Shown here: positions 49,938 through 64,000 of the stretch, in pieces
How positions within the stretch are numbered: the stretch's first letter is position 1
Layout: each line of letters starts with the position of its first letter
Assembly (NCBI GenBank): GCA_043228905.1
Contig: JBHGNT010000012.1
Location: forward strand, 4,402,001-4,466,000
DNA length: 64,000 nt
Direction of reading: 5' to 3'
From: Azolla caroliniana
Lineage: Eukaryota; Plantae; Polypodiophyta
Program-made: the position numbers and the translations under genes
The notes under the pieces: generated by a model
The model's input: only the letters and a program-made list of their open reading frames with translations
What the model was told of the DNA's origin: nothing
Databases searched by the model: none

Positions 49938-52900
49938 TGTGGAAATATTTAACCTAAATATAATATTTATTTATTATTTATAAAAACAACTATTATGAAG
50001 AGTTATTCATTATTAGACTTTAGAGAAAACTCTTCATTTGAAGAGACATAACGTTTTGTCCATCGTCTCTACAAACAAGCCATTTTGGCTAATGTAATAA
50101 ATACAATTAATATAGAACAATTTTGTGTATGTGTGATCTCTTTATCTAGCAATCAATCTCTATTTGTATAGTTGCCGATTTCTACATGGTATTAGATTTA
50201 TAGATTTCCGCATCTATCAAATAAGACTAGAGAATCCCATCAGTGTTGATCGATTTGTCATCAAGACGAGCGCTAAGCCGGATAGCCCTCTTCCATAAAA
50301 ATGGCACAATCCTCAACTCCTGCCAACATTCTCAACACACATAAACTTTCATGAGCAAAGTTATCAAAGCAAAATTATCGCATTTGGAGTGCTCGACTTG
50401 AATTATTATTTCAACACTACAAACTTTGGGATGTAGTGTCAGGATTATCTACAAAACCTGAACTCCCCAGACCTGATCAAGTTATTTGGGAAGAGAAAGA
50501 TCTTGTAGCAAAGATGGAATTATTAGCACATATATTAGATGTTTAAGGAGAAGCGGTTAGAAAGTTACAAACTTCGCATCAAATTTGGGAGAAATTAAAG
50601 ACACAATACGAACCAAAGACGGATGCAGCACAAGTGCACACACTACGTGCATATGTCACATTTACAATGAAAGAAGAAGATGATGTAGATAATTTTCTAA
50701 TAACTTGGGAAAAGAAATTGGATGATACAATTACATCTAGCTTGGACATTTCCAACAAACTACAAAGATGTTTATTATTAGGTGCTTTACCCTCTTCTTG
50801 GTCATCTTTTGTGACTACACAAAATTTAAATAAACAAGCTACTGTGGAAGATCTCATGGGAGACATAAGGCAAGAAGACTCGATGAGAAAGACAAGAGAA
50901 GAAAACGCATCAACACAGGAAATCACAATGGTAGCCTATCGATCTCATTTCAAATCACAACCAAGATACAAGAGTTTCAAGAGTTAGTGGACTAATGCAC
51001 CTATGACGAAAGGAGGAATGAAGTTCACTAGGTCTTATTGCAACATTTGCAAAAGACGATGCCACACACCACAAGAATGTAAGGCAAAACAAAAGATTCG
51101 GAGATTTCCAAGCAACATTCGTCGACCACAAGCGCACATTGTCGAGGAAGAGAGAAATGAAGAAGAAGAAGAAGAGGAGGAGGAGGAGGAGGTTTATGCC
51201 GCCTCGATGGAAGAAAAGGATGAATATGAAGAAGAAGGTTATAGTGACTTGATGCAAGCTTTTGTGGCTGAAGCACATGTCGCGGACATACCAACAAAGA
51301 AGGACGACAAATGGTATCTCGACATTGGAGCAACAAATCATGTCACACATCGATCGGATTGGCTTCAAAGGTACACACCCGTACAAAATTCAATAACTGT
51401 TAGATTTGGAAATAATGGAGTAAAACAAGCATTAGGCAAAGGCCAACTTACTTTTCATCTCCCCGGAGGAGAAAACTTCACCATAAATGATGTGTACCAT
51501 GTGCCTGGTATCATCAAGAACCGCCTTTTGATAAGTCAAGCAACTTCGAATGGAACCATCATCGAGTTCCATCATAACCAAGCCGTGATTTGTCATCTTC
51601 TACCAAATGGTCACACCATACGAAATTCCTGCAAAAGACAAGGAGGGCTATATCCAATTAGTGTACATCCAACAACCCAATCAACAATCGAAGTTCACAC
51701 AACCAAAATCGAAAGACAACAGGTACTCACTTTACTTTGGCATTACCGACTTGGACATCCACACCTTGCTGCTATGCGAACACTCCAAACTCACAAGCTT
51801 GCTCAAGGAGTCCCTAAGGATATGTTTTGCAAAATCGACTTATGTGAGGCGTGCTTGTTCAGCAAAATGGCATCATCAAAGAAGTCGACCTCTTGAACTC
51901 GTCCATAGTGACATATGCGGTCCATTCCCAACTCAATCACTTTTTAAATCAAAATATTTCATTAGTTTCATCGATGATTATACAAGGTTTACAATACTAA
52001 CATTTCTCAAAAGCAAAGACCAAGCATTCACTGCTTTTACAAATTACAAATCACTAATAGAAAAGCAATTAAATCTACAATTGAAATGTCTACAATCTGA
52101 CAGGGGAGGAGAATATACATCTAAAAAGTTTACAAAATTTTGTAAAGACTATGGAATTTTACAACGAATTTCTGTTCCTTCAACACCACAACAAAATGGT
52201 CTAGCCGAACGCAAGAATCGAACACTCCTTAATTCGGCCCGGAGCATGTTGAATCTAGCGTCACTTTCACCCTCATTTTGGGAAGAAGCCGTCGCAACAA
52301 CATGTTATCTCCAAAATCGTAACTATCATCGAACACTTGGGTTAATCACACCATACGAATTATGATTTGGAGTAAAACCAAATATGCAAGATCTTAAAAT
52401 TTTTGGTTGCCTTGCATACGCCTTTGTTCCTACTGAAAAACGATCCAAGTTAAAACAACAAGCAAGAAAAGCGATTTTTGTTGGGTACGGAGATGCAAAC
52501 GGCTACTAGACTTACCTTTTATTCGATCCAACCAAGAACATGTTCTTTTATAGTCATACTATTAAATTTGATGAGTCACCATTTCTTGAATCCACGACAC
52601 CAACGCATAACCCTAAAAATAATACTCGTGAAGGAACCAAACAATTAAAAGATGATGTCACCACCGTTTGCCGAACTCATAATAATGTTGGTGCCGATGT
52701 ACGCCGCCCTGCAAATAGCACCGCCGCCATCGATGCCGTCGACATGTGCCACCAAAAGGATATCGCAGTTGCAGACTATCGCCGCCTCCCAACTAGCACC
52801 ACCACCATTAACTTCTACCGCCATCAGGACAACACCACTTCTGAGTTCTGCCGCCTCCCAACCAGCACTATCGCTGTCGTCGCTACCTCCTCCCGTCAAC

Positions 52901-55900
52901 AGAACATGTCTGTTGCTGACGACCGCCACCTCCCAAACAACACAGTTGCCATCAACTTCTGCCATCATCAAGACAACGCCACTGCTGAGTTCCGCCGCCT
53001 CCCAACCAACTGACGAGAACTGGTCGTTCCTTATGCGCAACGCTCGGCCACAACCAAGCTTAGAATGATACACAAAAAACGGGAAATAAGACGTGACACA
53101 AAGAAGAGGAAAAAATACACAGGAGGTTTACGTGGAAAACCCCAAACTAGTGGAAAAACCACGGTAGCCCACAGGCTGCAAACTGTCACTATGTAAGAAT
53201 GTACAAAACAGTGAGTTCACGGAGGCAACGACCTCGGACTCACGATCTTCGTCACAGGCGGTGGTTACAACAGAGGCAGCGACCTCTTTCTCTCTCTCTC
53301 TGTACAACGTTACGTACTCTCTCTTCTTCTTGCACCAACAAGAAAAAAATGACAACTACAATGCAACACATATTTGCCCTAAGTCATATTTATACTAATA
53401 TGACTTTTCGGCTATTTACAAATATAGCCACGATGGGCTCTCAGAAACATATTTACGAATATGTCTCTTCCTCCGGTTCTCACCGGGTCTGCGTCATCCG
53501 GCTCTCCGTAGCCGGGTGCTCCTCATCCGGTTCACACCGGGTCTGCACCATCCGGCTCTCCGTAGCCGGGTGCTCCTCATCCGGTTCACACCGGGTCTGC
53601 ACCATCCGGCTCTCCGTAGCTGGGTACTTCTCTTCCGGTTTCGTCGGCACTGTTCTTCTCCCTTCCCATCCGGAGGGACCTGTCTCCCAACAAACTCCCC
53701 CTTCACTCCGGCATGGGGTGTCTTATCAGTCCTATCCGCTTCCGGCATGCATCCAGTTTGTCGGGTATCGGAACTTTGGTTAGCATATCTGACCCGTTCT
53801 CGGCCGTGTGGAGCTTCGTTAGCGCGAACTCCTGGTCATCTACTCTTTCCCGGATCCAGTGATATCTTCGCTGGATATGCTTCGTCCGAGAGTGGTAGGC
53901 CGCATTCTTAGCAAGGTGGATGGCACTTTGACTGTCGCAATGGAGTCGGTATTCCTCTTGCCGGATACTGAGCTCTCCGATGAAGTCCTTCATCCATAAT
54001 ATTTCCTTGCCGGCTTCCACAACCTCCATTGTACTCCGCCTCTATGGTTGACAATGCAACAGTCTTCTGCAGCCTCGACTGCCACGAAACAGCTCCCCCT
54101 GCATAAGTCATTACATACCCGGATGTAGACCGGCTGGTATCCACATCAGCCGACATTTCCGAGTCAGTGAAACCGTCAAGTTGAGGTCTTCCGGAGCCGA
54201 ATCGGAGACACATATTTGAAGTGCCCTTCAAATACCGGAGTATCCATTTGACCACGTTCCAGTGCTCCTTGCCGGGATTGCTCATGAACCGGCTCACCAC
54301 TCCGACTGCGTATCCTATATCCGGTCGGGTACACACCATTGCGTACATCAAGCTCCCGACGCTAGAGGAATATGGGATCTTCATCATATCCGCCGTCTCT
54401 GCTTTTGTCTTCAGGCTTTGCTTGCCGGATAGCTTGCAGGTTGTCGGAAGTGTCGATCCGACCAGTTTCGCATTTGACATGTTGAACCGGTGAAGCACCT
54501 TTGTCACGTACTTGTCCTGTGATAGCCATAATTGCTTCTTTGACCGGTTCCGGATGATGTGCATCCCCAGCATCTGTCTTGCCAGACCCAAGTCTTTCAT
54601 TGAGAAGGTCCGGTTGAGAGCCTTCTTCAGCATCCGTATTTTGACTTCGTCACGTCCGACGATCAACATGTCATCCACGTACAGAAGGAGTATCAAGAAG
54701 TCGCCTCCTTCAAACTTCTTCACAAACACGCAGTGATCGGCCTGCGTCTTGTGGTACCCTTGATCGGTCATGAAGGAGTCGAACTTCCGGTACCATTGTC
54801 GGGGAGCCTGCTTCAGTCCGTACAGGCTCTTCTTCAACCGGCATACTAGGTGCTCCTTCCCTTTCTCCACGAATCCTTCCGGTTGCTGCATGTAGATCTC
54901 CTCTTCGAGGTCGCCGTGAAGGAATGTCGTCTTCACGTCCAGCTGCTCTACCTCGAGGTCCATGCTTGTTGCTATACTCAGCACCGTCCGGATGGAGGTC
55001 ATCTTTACTATCGGGGCAAATATCTCGTCGAAGTCCACGCCCTTCTTCTGCTAGAACCCCTTCACCACGATCCTGGCTTTGTATCTCGGGGGGTTGTCGG
55101 CATCTCCCGGTTTTAACTTGTACACCCACTTGTTTCGGAGTGCCCGCTTTCTTTTCGGCAACTCCACTAATTCGTACATATGGTTCTCATGCAGGGACTC
55201 CATCTCATCCTGCATGGCACTTAACCATTTTCGGCTGTGGGTGTCTTCCTTCGCTTCTTCGAAGCTTTCCGGTTCCCCTTCATCGGTCAGCAGAACATGC
55301 TCTACATCCGGAAATCTCCGGGGGGGCCTTCTCTCTCTGAGAGGATATCTCCGTCTTTGGGCTTCGGTAGCCGGCTCCTCCATTTGCTCTTCATCCGAAT
55401 CCGATTCGGGGTCTAGGCCGGTTTCAATTTCAGCTTCCTCTACTTCTTCTTCTGCCGGTTCGGTATCCTCACCGTATCCGGCTGGTTCTTCGAGTGCTAA
55501 CCAGTCTCTCGCTGGTTGGGTCTGCTCATCGTAGAGTCGATCCTTACCGGTCGACTCGGAGTTCATTATCTTCTTCTCCGACTCCCAGTCGGTGAGCGTC
55601 TTGTCCTCCATGAAGATAATATCTCGACTCCGGAATACCTTCTTGTCGACCGGGTCCCACACTCGGTAGCCAAACTCATCGTCACCGTAACCGAGGAATA
55701 TGCATGGCCGGGTCTTTGGATCTAACTTTCCTCTCCGGTCCTTTGCTACATGCACGTACGCGAGACACCCGAACACCTTCAGATGCTGGTAGGACACTTC
55801 CTTACCAGTCCATACCCTCTGTGGCGTGCCTCCTTCCAAGGGTATTGAGGGTGATCTGTTTATCACGTATGTCGCCGTCGACAATGCCTCAGCCCAAAAC

Positions 55901-58900
55901 TTCTTGGGTAGTTTTGCATGCGCTAGCATACTCCGGACCCTCTCCACTATGGTTCGGTTCATCCTCTCGGCCAATCCGTTTAGTTCCGGCGTCTTCGGCA
56001 CGGTAAATTCGAGCCGGATTCCCTTCGAGCGGCAGTACTCCTCGAACTGCCCCCGGTATTCTCCTCCATTATTTGCTCGAACCGCCTTTAGCTTCCGGCC
56101 GATTTCTCTTTCCACTCTCGCGTGGAGCTCTTTGAAGACGGATAGCACCTGATCCTTCGTCTTCAACGGTGTGGTCCACAACTTCCGACTGTGGTCATCT
56201 ATGAAAGTCACAAAGTACTGCGCTCTGGCATATGCTTCGTGTCTACCTGACACACATCCGTATGCACCAACTCCAGTGGTGCATTACGTCTCATCGGTGG
56301 CCTTGGTCGGAAGGAGGTCCGGTTCTGCTTACCGGCCAGACAATCAGTGCACTTCTCTAAGTGCACGTTCTTCACTGGAGTGAGGTTGTCGTCTACAAGC
56401 CTCTTCATCCCCTTCTCGCTCATGTGACACAGCCTCTTGTGCCACAGCTCACCGGTAGTGTCGGATGCCACGTTCACTTCTTCCGGACATAACCGGGCAT
56501 TCATCAGGTACAGTGTGTTGACCTTCCGGGCCCGAGCTACAATCAAGCTCCCTTTGCTGAACTTCATGACACCTTTCCGGATGCTACCCGTGTAGCCTTC
56601 ATCATCTAGCCGATCGGTTGATATCAGGTTCAGACGAACCTCTGGAACGTGTCGGACATCCTTCAGCAGCAACTTGCATCTGGTTGGTGTTGACAGCCAC
56701 ACATCTCCTATGCCGACAATTCGGCATGTACCTTCGTTCCCCATCCGGACACAGCTGTGATCATCGGCTAGGATGAGAAGCATTTCCGGTCCCGGGTAAG
56801 GTGGAACGATGCTCCGGAGTCTACCACCCAGGTCATCTCGTCACCAGCAAGGTTTATCTCACACTCCTCAGTGATGAGCATAAACTCTTCTTCACTTGCC
56901 GCGATTGCCGTCGTTCCCTTCCGGTCCGGCCCCCTCCGGTCTTTACCGTTCCGGTCTTTAGCGTTCCGGTCCGGGGTTTGCTTCGAATCGGTACCGTCGG
57001 TTTCCTTGTCTTTACGGAAATGCCGACAGTTCTTTTGGAAGTGACCCGGCTTGCCGCAATAGAAGCAAGTGGGCCTCCCCCTTGACTTTGACCGTGTCCC
57101 CGACTTCTCCCGGTTCTGGGGACTACGGTTTCTATGTCTTCCACGTTCCGATTCGGTAAGCAGCGCTTTGGAGTCGGAGCTCGTATCTTTATCCTTCTGA
57201 CGCGCCTCCTCATCTAGCAAGCTCGACTTTACTCTTGCTAGGGATAACCGTTTTCCTTCCGGTCCGGCGTTGCCCAAAGTGACAACTAACATCTCCCAGC
57301 TATCCGGGAGGGAACCGAGCAGGAGTAGCGCTAGTACCTCATCGGCAAGAGGTACTTCCAATGACGTTGCCTGGTGTATCAGCCCCTGGAAGGCATTCAT
57401 ATGCTCCACCATGCTGGAGCCATCTTGGTACCGGAGTCTTACTAGCTTCTGGAATACCGAAACCTGGTTAACAACATTTTTGTTTTGAAACATTATGCTC
57501 ATCTTCTCCCAGAGCTCATGAGCCTTGCTCTCTTCATTGAAGTTGTTGTACAGGCTCATGTCAATGAAGCACCGTATGTACGCCGTTGACATCATGTGCA
57601 TCACCTCCCATATCGAAGCGTCGATTTTGTCCGGTCTCTTGTCCCCGAACTGAACCGGCAGCCAGAGGTCTTTAACCACGAGCATGTCCCTCATCTTCGA
57701 CTTCCACACTGAGTAGTTGGAGCCGGTGAGCTTGAACATGCCGCCAAATGATTCGTCCATTTTCTGTGTCGTCTCGCTCTGATACCACTTGACGAGAACT
57801 GGTCGTTCCTTATGCGCAACGCTCGGCCACAACCAAGCTTAGAATGATACACAGAAAACGGGAAATAAGACGCGACACAAAGAAGAGGAAAAAATACACA
57901 GGAGGTTTACGTGGAAAACCCCAAACTAGTGGAAAAACCACGGCAGCCCACAGGCTGCAAACTGTCACTATGTAAGAATGTACAAAACAGTGAGTTCACG
58001 GAGGCAACAACCTCGGACTCACGATCTTCACCACAAGCGGCGGTTACAACAGAGGCAGCGACCTCTTTCTCTCTCTCTCTCTGTACAACGTTATGTACTC
58101 TCTCTTCTTCTTGCACCAACAAGAAAAAAATGACAACTACAATGCAACACATATTTGCCCTAAGTCATATTTATACTAATATGACTTTTCGGCTATTTAC
58201 AAATATAGCCACGATGGGCTCTCAGAAACATATTTACGAATATGTCTCTTCCTCCGGTTCACACCGGGTCTGCACCATCCGGCTCTCCGTAGCCGGGTGC
58301 TCCTCATCTGGTTCACACCGGGTCTGCACCATCCGGCTCTCCGTAGCTGGGTATTTCTCTTCCGGTTTCGGCACTGTTCTTCTCCCTTCCCATCCGGAGG
58401 GACCTGTCTCCCAACACCAACACCATCGCCACAATCATCGCCTCCTCCCGCCAACAAAACATTTATGTTGGTGATGACTGCCACCTCCCAAACAACACCG
58501 TCGTCGATGCCGCCTTTTGCCACCAACACAATAGCATTAGTGATGATAATCGCCGCCCTTCAGAGAGAACTCCCATTGGCCGCTGAGGAAAGAATGTTGA
58601 TGTCGTTCCTATCGCCGCTAGCAATCGATCGAAGAAAGCCACCAATATCATCGCCGCCTCTCACTTTGATGAAGTTCCCGATGATGTCGATTGTTATGTG
58701 ACTATCCATACCCATATGATAACAACTCGCCACCTTGCCATACACGCTCCTTATCTGATATCTATAAGGAACTCGACCAATTTGAGGCACACTTTGTGGA
58801 CCTCGATATGGTCGCTCTCATAATTGAAGAAGAGCCGGATACCACAAATGAATTGATAATTACCGTTAGAGAAGCGTTGTCTGGTACCGATGGCCCTAAA

Positions 58901-60733
58901 TGGAGAGCAAGCATGGAAGAAGAGATGGAAGCCTTATTAAAGAACAAAACCTGGAGCCTTCTCGATCCACCACCTAATCGACAAGTTGTTAGTTGTAAGT
59001 GGGTTCTTCGAAAGAAGACCGATGCTAATGGAAATATTATGTGCTTCAAAGCTCGTCTCGTAGCTCATGGTTTTTCGCAAATACCTGGAATCGACTTCAA
59101 AGATACATTTAGCCCTACATTGCGAAGTATCACATTTTGCATATTTGTCTCTCTCACCATCAAACTTGATTTGGAACTCCATCACTTAGATGTTCAAACC
59201 GTTTTTCTTCATGGAGAACTTGAAGAAGAGATCTATATGCAACAACCACCGCATTTTGAAGATTCAATTCGACCAAATGTTGTATGTCGTCTACATTGAT
59301 CCTTATACGGTCTGCGACAATCTCCACGAGTTTGGTATCATCGACTTCATAATTTCCTAACTAACAATGGTTATAAAAGACTAAAGAATGAACCAAATGT
59401 ATACATTAAAAGAGCTAAGAATAATTTCGTCATAATTGGTGTTTATGTCGATGACTTACCTCTACTTGCCAACTCACTAACCTATCTACAACTTGTGAAG
59501 AAGGAACTTCAACAAGCTTTTCCAATAAATAACCTTGGTCCAATGAAGTATTTCCTTGGAATGAACTTACAAAGAGATCATGTCAAAGGAACTATTTCTC
59601 TTTCCCAAACTCAATACATTGAAAGTGTATTGAAACGTTTTGACATGCTACATTCATGCAAATTATCAATCGAAGATGCTCCAAGAACTATTAAAGAACG
59701 AGATGAAATGCTCAATGTTCCTTACAAGCAAATTCTTGGATGTACACGCTACCTTGTTAGTTGTACACGTCCCGATTTATGTTTAATCGTTTGAATTCTT
59801 TCGAGATTTATGTAGGATCCCAGACCGAAACATTGGCAAGCATTAAAACGACTACTACGTTACCTAAAACAAACGAAAGATATGGTGTTAACTTACCCCA
59901 GATCGCAATCTGAGTCCATCAACATGAACCTTGAAGGATGGACCAATCCATCACAATTATCTGGATGGACGGACTCAGATTAGGGGGGGGGGGGGGATGT
60001 TGATGGCCGTAGGTCAACAAGTGGCTTCATATATTGTCTCGCAAGAGCCGCTATAGCATGGAGGTCTAAGAAGCAAACAACGGTCGCATTATCTTCAACA
60101 GAAGCCGAATATGTAGCTACCGCACTCGCTGCTAAAGAAGGAATATGGATTCATTCCATACTTGAAGAACTTAACTTGTTTAAGACTTCAAAGCTAATCC
60201 TTTATTGTGATAATAAATCGTGTATCAAATTAGCTTGTAATCCAAAAATGAGTGATAATATTCGACATGTCTCTTTCAAGCATCACTTTCTACGAGACTT
60301 AATCGAAGAGAAGAAGCTAGATTTGAAGTATGCGTCCACAACACTAATGTGGGCCGATTTTCTAACAAAGCCAGTACCTCAAACAAAGCATATCGCTTGT
60401 TGCCGAACGATTGGTCTAACAATGCCAAACTATTCGTCGAACGGCAATACTTTTGAATAAAATAATATTTAGCTTAAGGGGAGGTGTGGAAATATTTAAC
60501 CTAAATATAATATTTATTTATTATTTATAAAAACAACTATTACGAAGAGTTATTCATTATTAGACTTTAGAGAAAACTCTTCATTTGAAGAGACATAACT
60601 TTTTGTCCATCATCTCTACAAACAAGACATTTTGGCTAACGTAATAAATACAATTAATATAGAACAATTTTGTGTATGTGTGATCTCTTTATCTAGCTAT
60701 CAATCTCTATTTGTATAGTTGCTGATTTCTACA
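49938..60733 (+). mobile_element. Decayed copia C with 249-bp LTRs, interrupted by copia D
   Basis: LTRs 49938-50186 and 60485-60733; TSD CTTGG/CTTCG; degenerate iMet PBS at 50187; PPT 60475-60484; WYLDIGAT, DRGGEY, VYVDD motifs with many stops. Confidence 0.92.
53011..58416 (-). mobile_element. Full-length copia D (frameshifted pol, TNT1-like)
   Basis: LTRs 53011-53692 and 57790-58416; TSD CCAAC; iMet PBS 57776-57787; PPT after 53692; ORF pieces 53703-57760. Confidence 0.95.
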
Positions 60734-62983
60734 CTTCGCGGACACTGAATATGCCCGAAATATCTCTACAAGGTTTCTGCAGGAGGAATGTTGAAATGTC
60801 TTTCTTTGAGCGATGATAGGTCAAGCTTCTTCCGGATGGATGAGTTGGTGACCGTGTCTATATTGAGTTTCCTGGCAATGTCCAGGGCTTCAGGATGACC
60901 GGGTGCCTCTGCGACTTTGATGTATCCATCCAGGCGCTTTTCGACGAGCCATCTACGCAAGGTGACAGAAATAGGGATCGACATCGTAGGAGGGTGAGAC
61001 TCGTGGATACTGGGTGAGGTATGCTGGCTATGGAAAACTTGAGCTCTGTGGTATGATGGAGAGGAAGGTGAGTGAGGGGAGCGATGAGAGCGATGAGAGT
61101 TAGAGGTTGGTTTCTGTATTGTGCAAAAAACCTTCTATTTTCTTCTTTTTGTGGCCTAGGGTTCATTGGTCTGTGAGCCATCGTGGTGCCGCGTGTTCTT
61201 GCTCTAGAAGTTTGTGTGTGCATCAAGTCCTTTTAATAGCGTTGTTATCTTCGCTTTCTTTCTTTTTTTTGTCCCTTTTGTAACAGTTACATACAATATT
61301 ATTTTTACACTATAGTAGAAGTAGGGCCCTATACTTACAAGTTCGCGGATTCGCCAGGTTTGTCCTGTCCGATGGGGAACGGGTTAGGTGGCGTAGGCCC
61401 CAGGTAGCGTTTTAAGTGAAACCCATTCACCTTTTGTCGGAGCACCTCTCCGGCCAAAGTGCCAAGTTGAAAAGTGTCGTTTTCCAGTCCAACTATCCAG
61501 TACGGGCCTGTCCAACGGAATCTTAATTTTCCTGGCATTTGCCCCATGCGTGTTTGAAAAACTAATACTGCCTTCCCGATCATAAAATACTTTTCACGTG
61601 CTCATGTCGATGTTGGTCCACGAATGCTTTGCGCCGTCATTGTTCTTGTTCCGATATGGCCATACTGCGTACCCGGGTTTCGCCTAGTTCTAGCAGTTGT
61701 AGTCATATTTGTTCGGATTTGTCCTTTGGTAGTCGGTCCCGCAAACTGGGTACTTAGAATTCGACTGGCATTACGACCTCCAGCCCAAATGCTACCCTGA
61801 AAGGCGTGGATTGTATGCTAGTCTTATAGCTGGTTCGATACGCCCATAATGTGTTGTGCAAATAGGTATCCCAATCTGTTCTATTCTCATTGACTATCTT
61901 TTTTAGGATAGTTTGTAATGTTTTGCTTGTGGATTCGGCCAAGCCATTTGCCTATGGGTAATACGGCGTACTTTTTTTGTGGACCACGACATAGTGTTGG
62001 GTCAGTTCCCTGATGTCCGTATTCAAAAAGTGACTCCCTTGGTCACTAATGAGCTCAATAGGGCAGCCAAAACGACACCAGATATGTTCGTAAAGGAATT
62101 TCACCGTGATTGCCGCGGTATTTTCACATAGTGGTTTCGCTCCTACCCACTTGGTGCAGTAATCCGTAGCCACCAGGATATACTTATTGCCGGTTCGGGC
62201 AGTCGCCGAGGTACGGTCCCACAAAATCTAGTCCCCACTTTTGGAAAGGATCCAACGGTAACACCGGTTGATGTGGCTTTCTTGTGACTTCCGTTGGCAT
62301 AAATCACATTGTTTGCAATATTCATACGCATCCTTTTGCGTAGTGGGCCACCAAAGTCCTGCTTGCCAGATTTCTCGAGCCGTAACATCGCCCGTGTAAT
62401 GTCCTCTTGCCGTACCATAATGAGCTTCACATAAAACCGTTGCCTTCTCATCCTGACATATTCCGCGCCTCCAAATGCTATCATTGCCTTTGTGATATAG
62501 GACGTCTTCGACTAAACAGAAATTACGACTTTGGACGGCCAGTTGTTTTTTCTCGTCTGTGCTTAATTGTGGTGGCGGTAACCTCGTGGTTAGAAAGTAG
62601 GTCATTCCATCAACCACCGATCCGGAAAAATCTTTTCAATTCTTGCTTGCTAAAGTTGTTATACGCAAGATGTCCGCGTCCGGAAAGTCGTCGTCATCCT
62701 TTTGCGCTATTTCTCCATTATCTAATCTGCTCAAGAGATCTGCCACCGCGTGTTGCGTACCCGGTCGGTGCTGAATTACAAAGTCGAATTCTTGGAGCAA
62801 GAGCATCCATCTAGCCAATTTTCCTGTCAGTTGCTGTTTCCCCTCCAGATATAGCAATGCCGTGTGATCCACGTGAAACGTGAATTTTCGCCCTAGCAGA
62901 TAATGTCAGAATTTATTGACGCTTCAAGTTCCGTTGTGGAATAGTTACGCTCAGCTGTTGATAGTTTCCGACTGGCGTAGTAC

Positions 62984-64000
62984 TATTAGAGACATGTACT
63001 AAAGTAAGCATTAGATAAGGATAGATCTAGGTAGATAAAAAGAAAGGAGAGAGAGAAAGAAGGGTGTCGATCCACCCGACCACCCCCGAGCGAAGGCATC
63101 GAGACGGACACGAGCCTCGATCGGCGTCCCATACCACCACCGTGGCGTCGAGTCGTACCTGGTGTTGGCGCGCTCGCTACAAGAGTTGACCCACCACAAG
63201 ACAAAGTCTCGACGTAGTCAACAAGATAATGAAATGAGGGTAGCTAGGCCTTTATTTATAGCGATACCCAAGGCCCCCAGCCATGTTCACAGTTGGCCTA
63301 ATGGGTTGTCTCAATCCCGAGGATTTAAAAGTTATCCTCCCCTTCTTTACACTCTCGTTTAACCCTCACACTCATCCACGTGTATAGAATACTACGGTAA
63401 ATTCTCACCACGGGATTTTATATGGTCATGCCCGTAACATACTCCCCCTCTTTAAAACATTGCACTCTTGCAATGGAAAGTTAGGGAAGTTAGTTCTGAG
63501 AGTACTCTCGCGTTCCCATGTGGCATCTTTTATTGATTTATACATCCATTTTATTTTAAATTCTCGGATTACTTTAGTACGTAATTTTTTTGTTTAAACA
63601 TCAAGAATTCTTTCTGGTACATGTGGTTTAGAAGATAAATCTTCTGAAGTAACCAGAGTTTCAGTTGTAACTGTATTGTCGCCAGAACCTAGAAGTTCTT
63701 TTACACGACTCACATGAAAGATTGGATGAATTCCAACACCATCGGGAAGAGCGAGATGATAGGTTGATGACACAATGCGTTTGAGGACTGTAAAAGGTCC
63801 ACAAAACCGTGGGGCTAACTTAGCGCACTTACCTGTAGACAATGTCTTAGAATTGTGAGGTACACGTAAAAATACCTTCTGTCCAGGGTTGAATACACGA
63901 GGTTGCCTATGATGATCGGCATAAAAACGGGCTCTATCTTGAGCTGTTTTTATATTATCTCGTGCAATATGCAACATATCTTGCATATCCCGAAGAAAGT
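62984..64000 (-). mobile_element. 3' end of another gypsy chromovirus (INT C-terminus + chromodomain, PPT, 3' LTR)
   Basis: KLAPRFCGPF..HPIFHVS..PERILD..KIKW..DATWE; PPT 63440-63450; LTR about 62984-63439. Confidence 0.85.

Larger units (their letters stand above)
46253..62983 (-). mobile_element. Gypsy B (non-chromovirus) 3' half: RH/INT remnants, extra 3' ORF, 3' LTR; interrupted by copia C
   Basis: RH-INT at 61335-62983 (YYASRKL, DYCTKWV, LISDQGSHF, WTGPY); extra coding region 60734-61000 + 47930-49937; LTR about 46253-47414 resembling the gypsy A LTR. Confidence 0.75.

Noticed and set aside
52540-53010. ORFs in the CCGCC/CCAAC-rich repeats of copia C (continuing 58417-58700)
   Set aside because: Degenerate tandem repeats in the INT-RT linker, not a separate gene.

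Overview
Repeat-dense eukaryotic DNA, probably from a seed-free land plant such as a fern (inferred from a PLS-type PPR fragment, a plant-like BMS1 fragment, a Tcn1-like chromovirus and TNT1-like copia elements). Almost the whole window is nested transposons: one intact, very young Ty1/copia element, several decayed copia and gypsy elements, a non-L1 LINE, and a hAT element carrying captured host-gene fragments (PPR, BMS1). A spliced coiled-coil + RING-H2 gene lies at the left end. The standout is a TIR DNA transposon (16332-35185, AACAC termini, AAAG target duplication) inserted in the hAT transposase. It carries two divergent genes: a Sola1-like DDE transposase with a Tudor/SH3-like C-terminal tail, and an intron-containing ParB-like domain + beta-class N6A/N4C DNA methyltransferase fusion, plus an array of long palindromes. 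A diverged, internally deleted relative (27975-31873) is nested in its promoter and keeps the 3' ends of both genes and its own palindrome array, so the architecture looks like a conserved family trait. Both copies here are pseudogenised. All alignments and translations outside the ORF track were done by eye; no database search was run.
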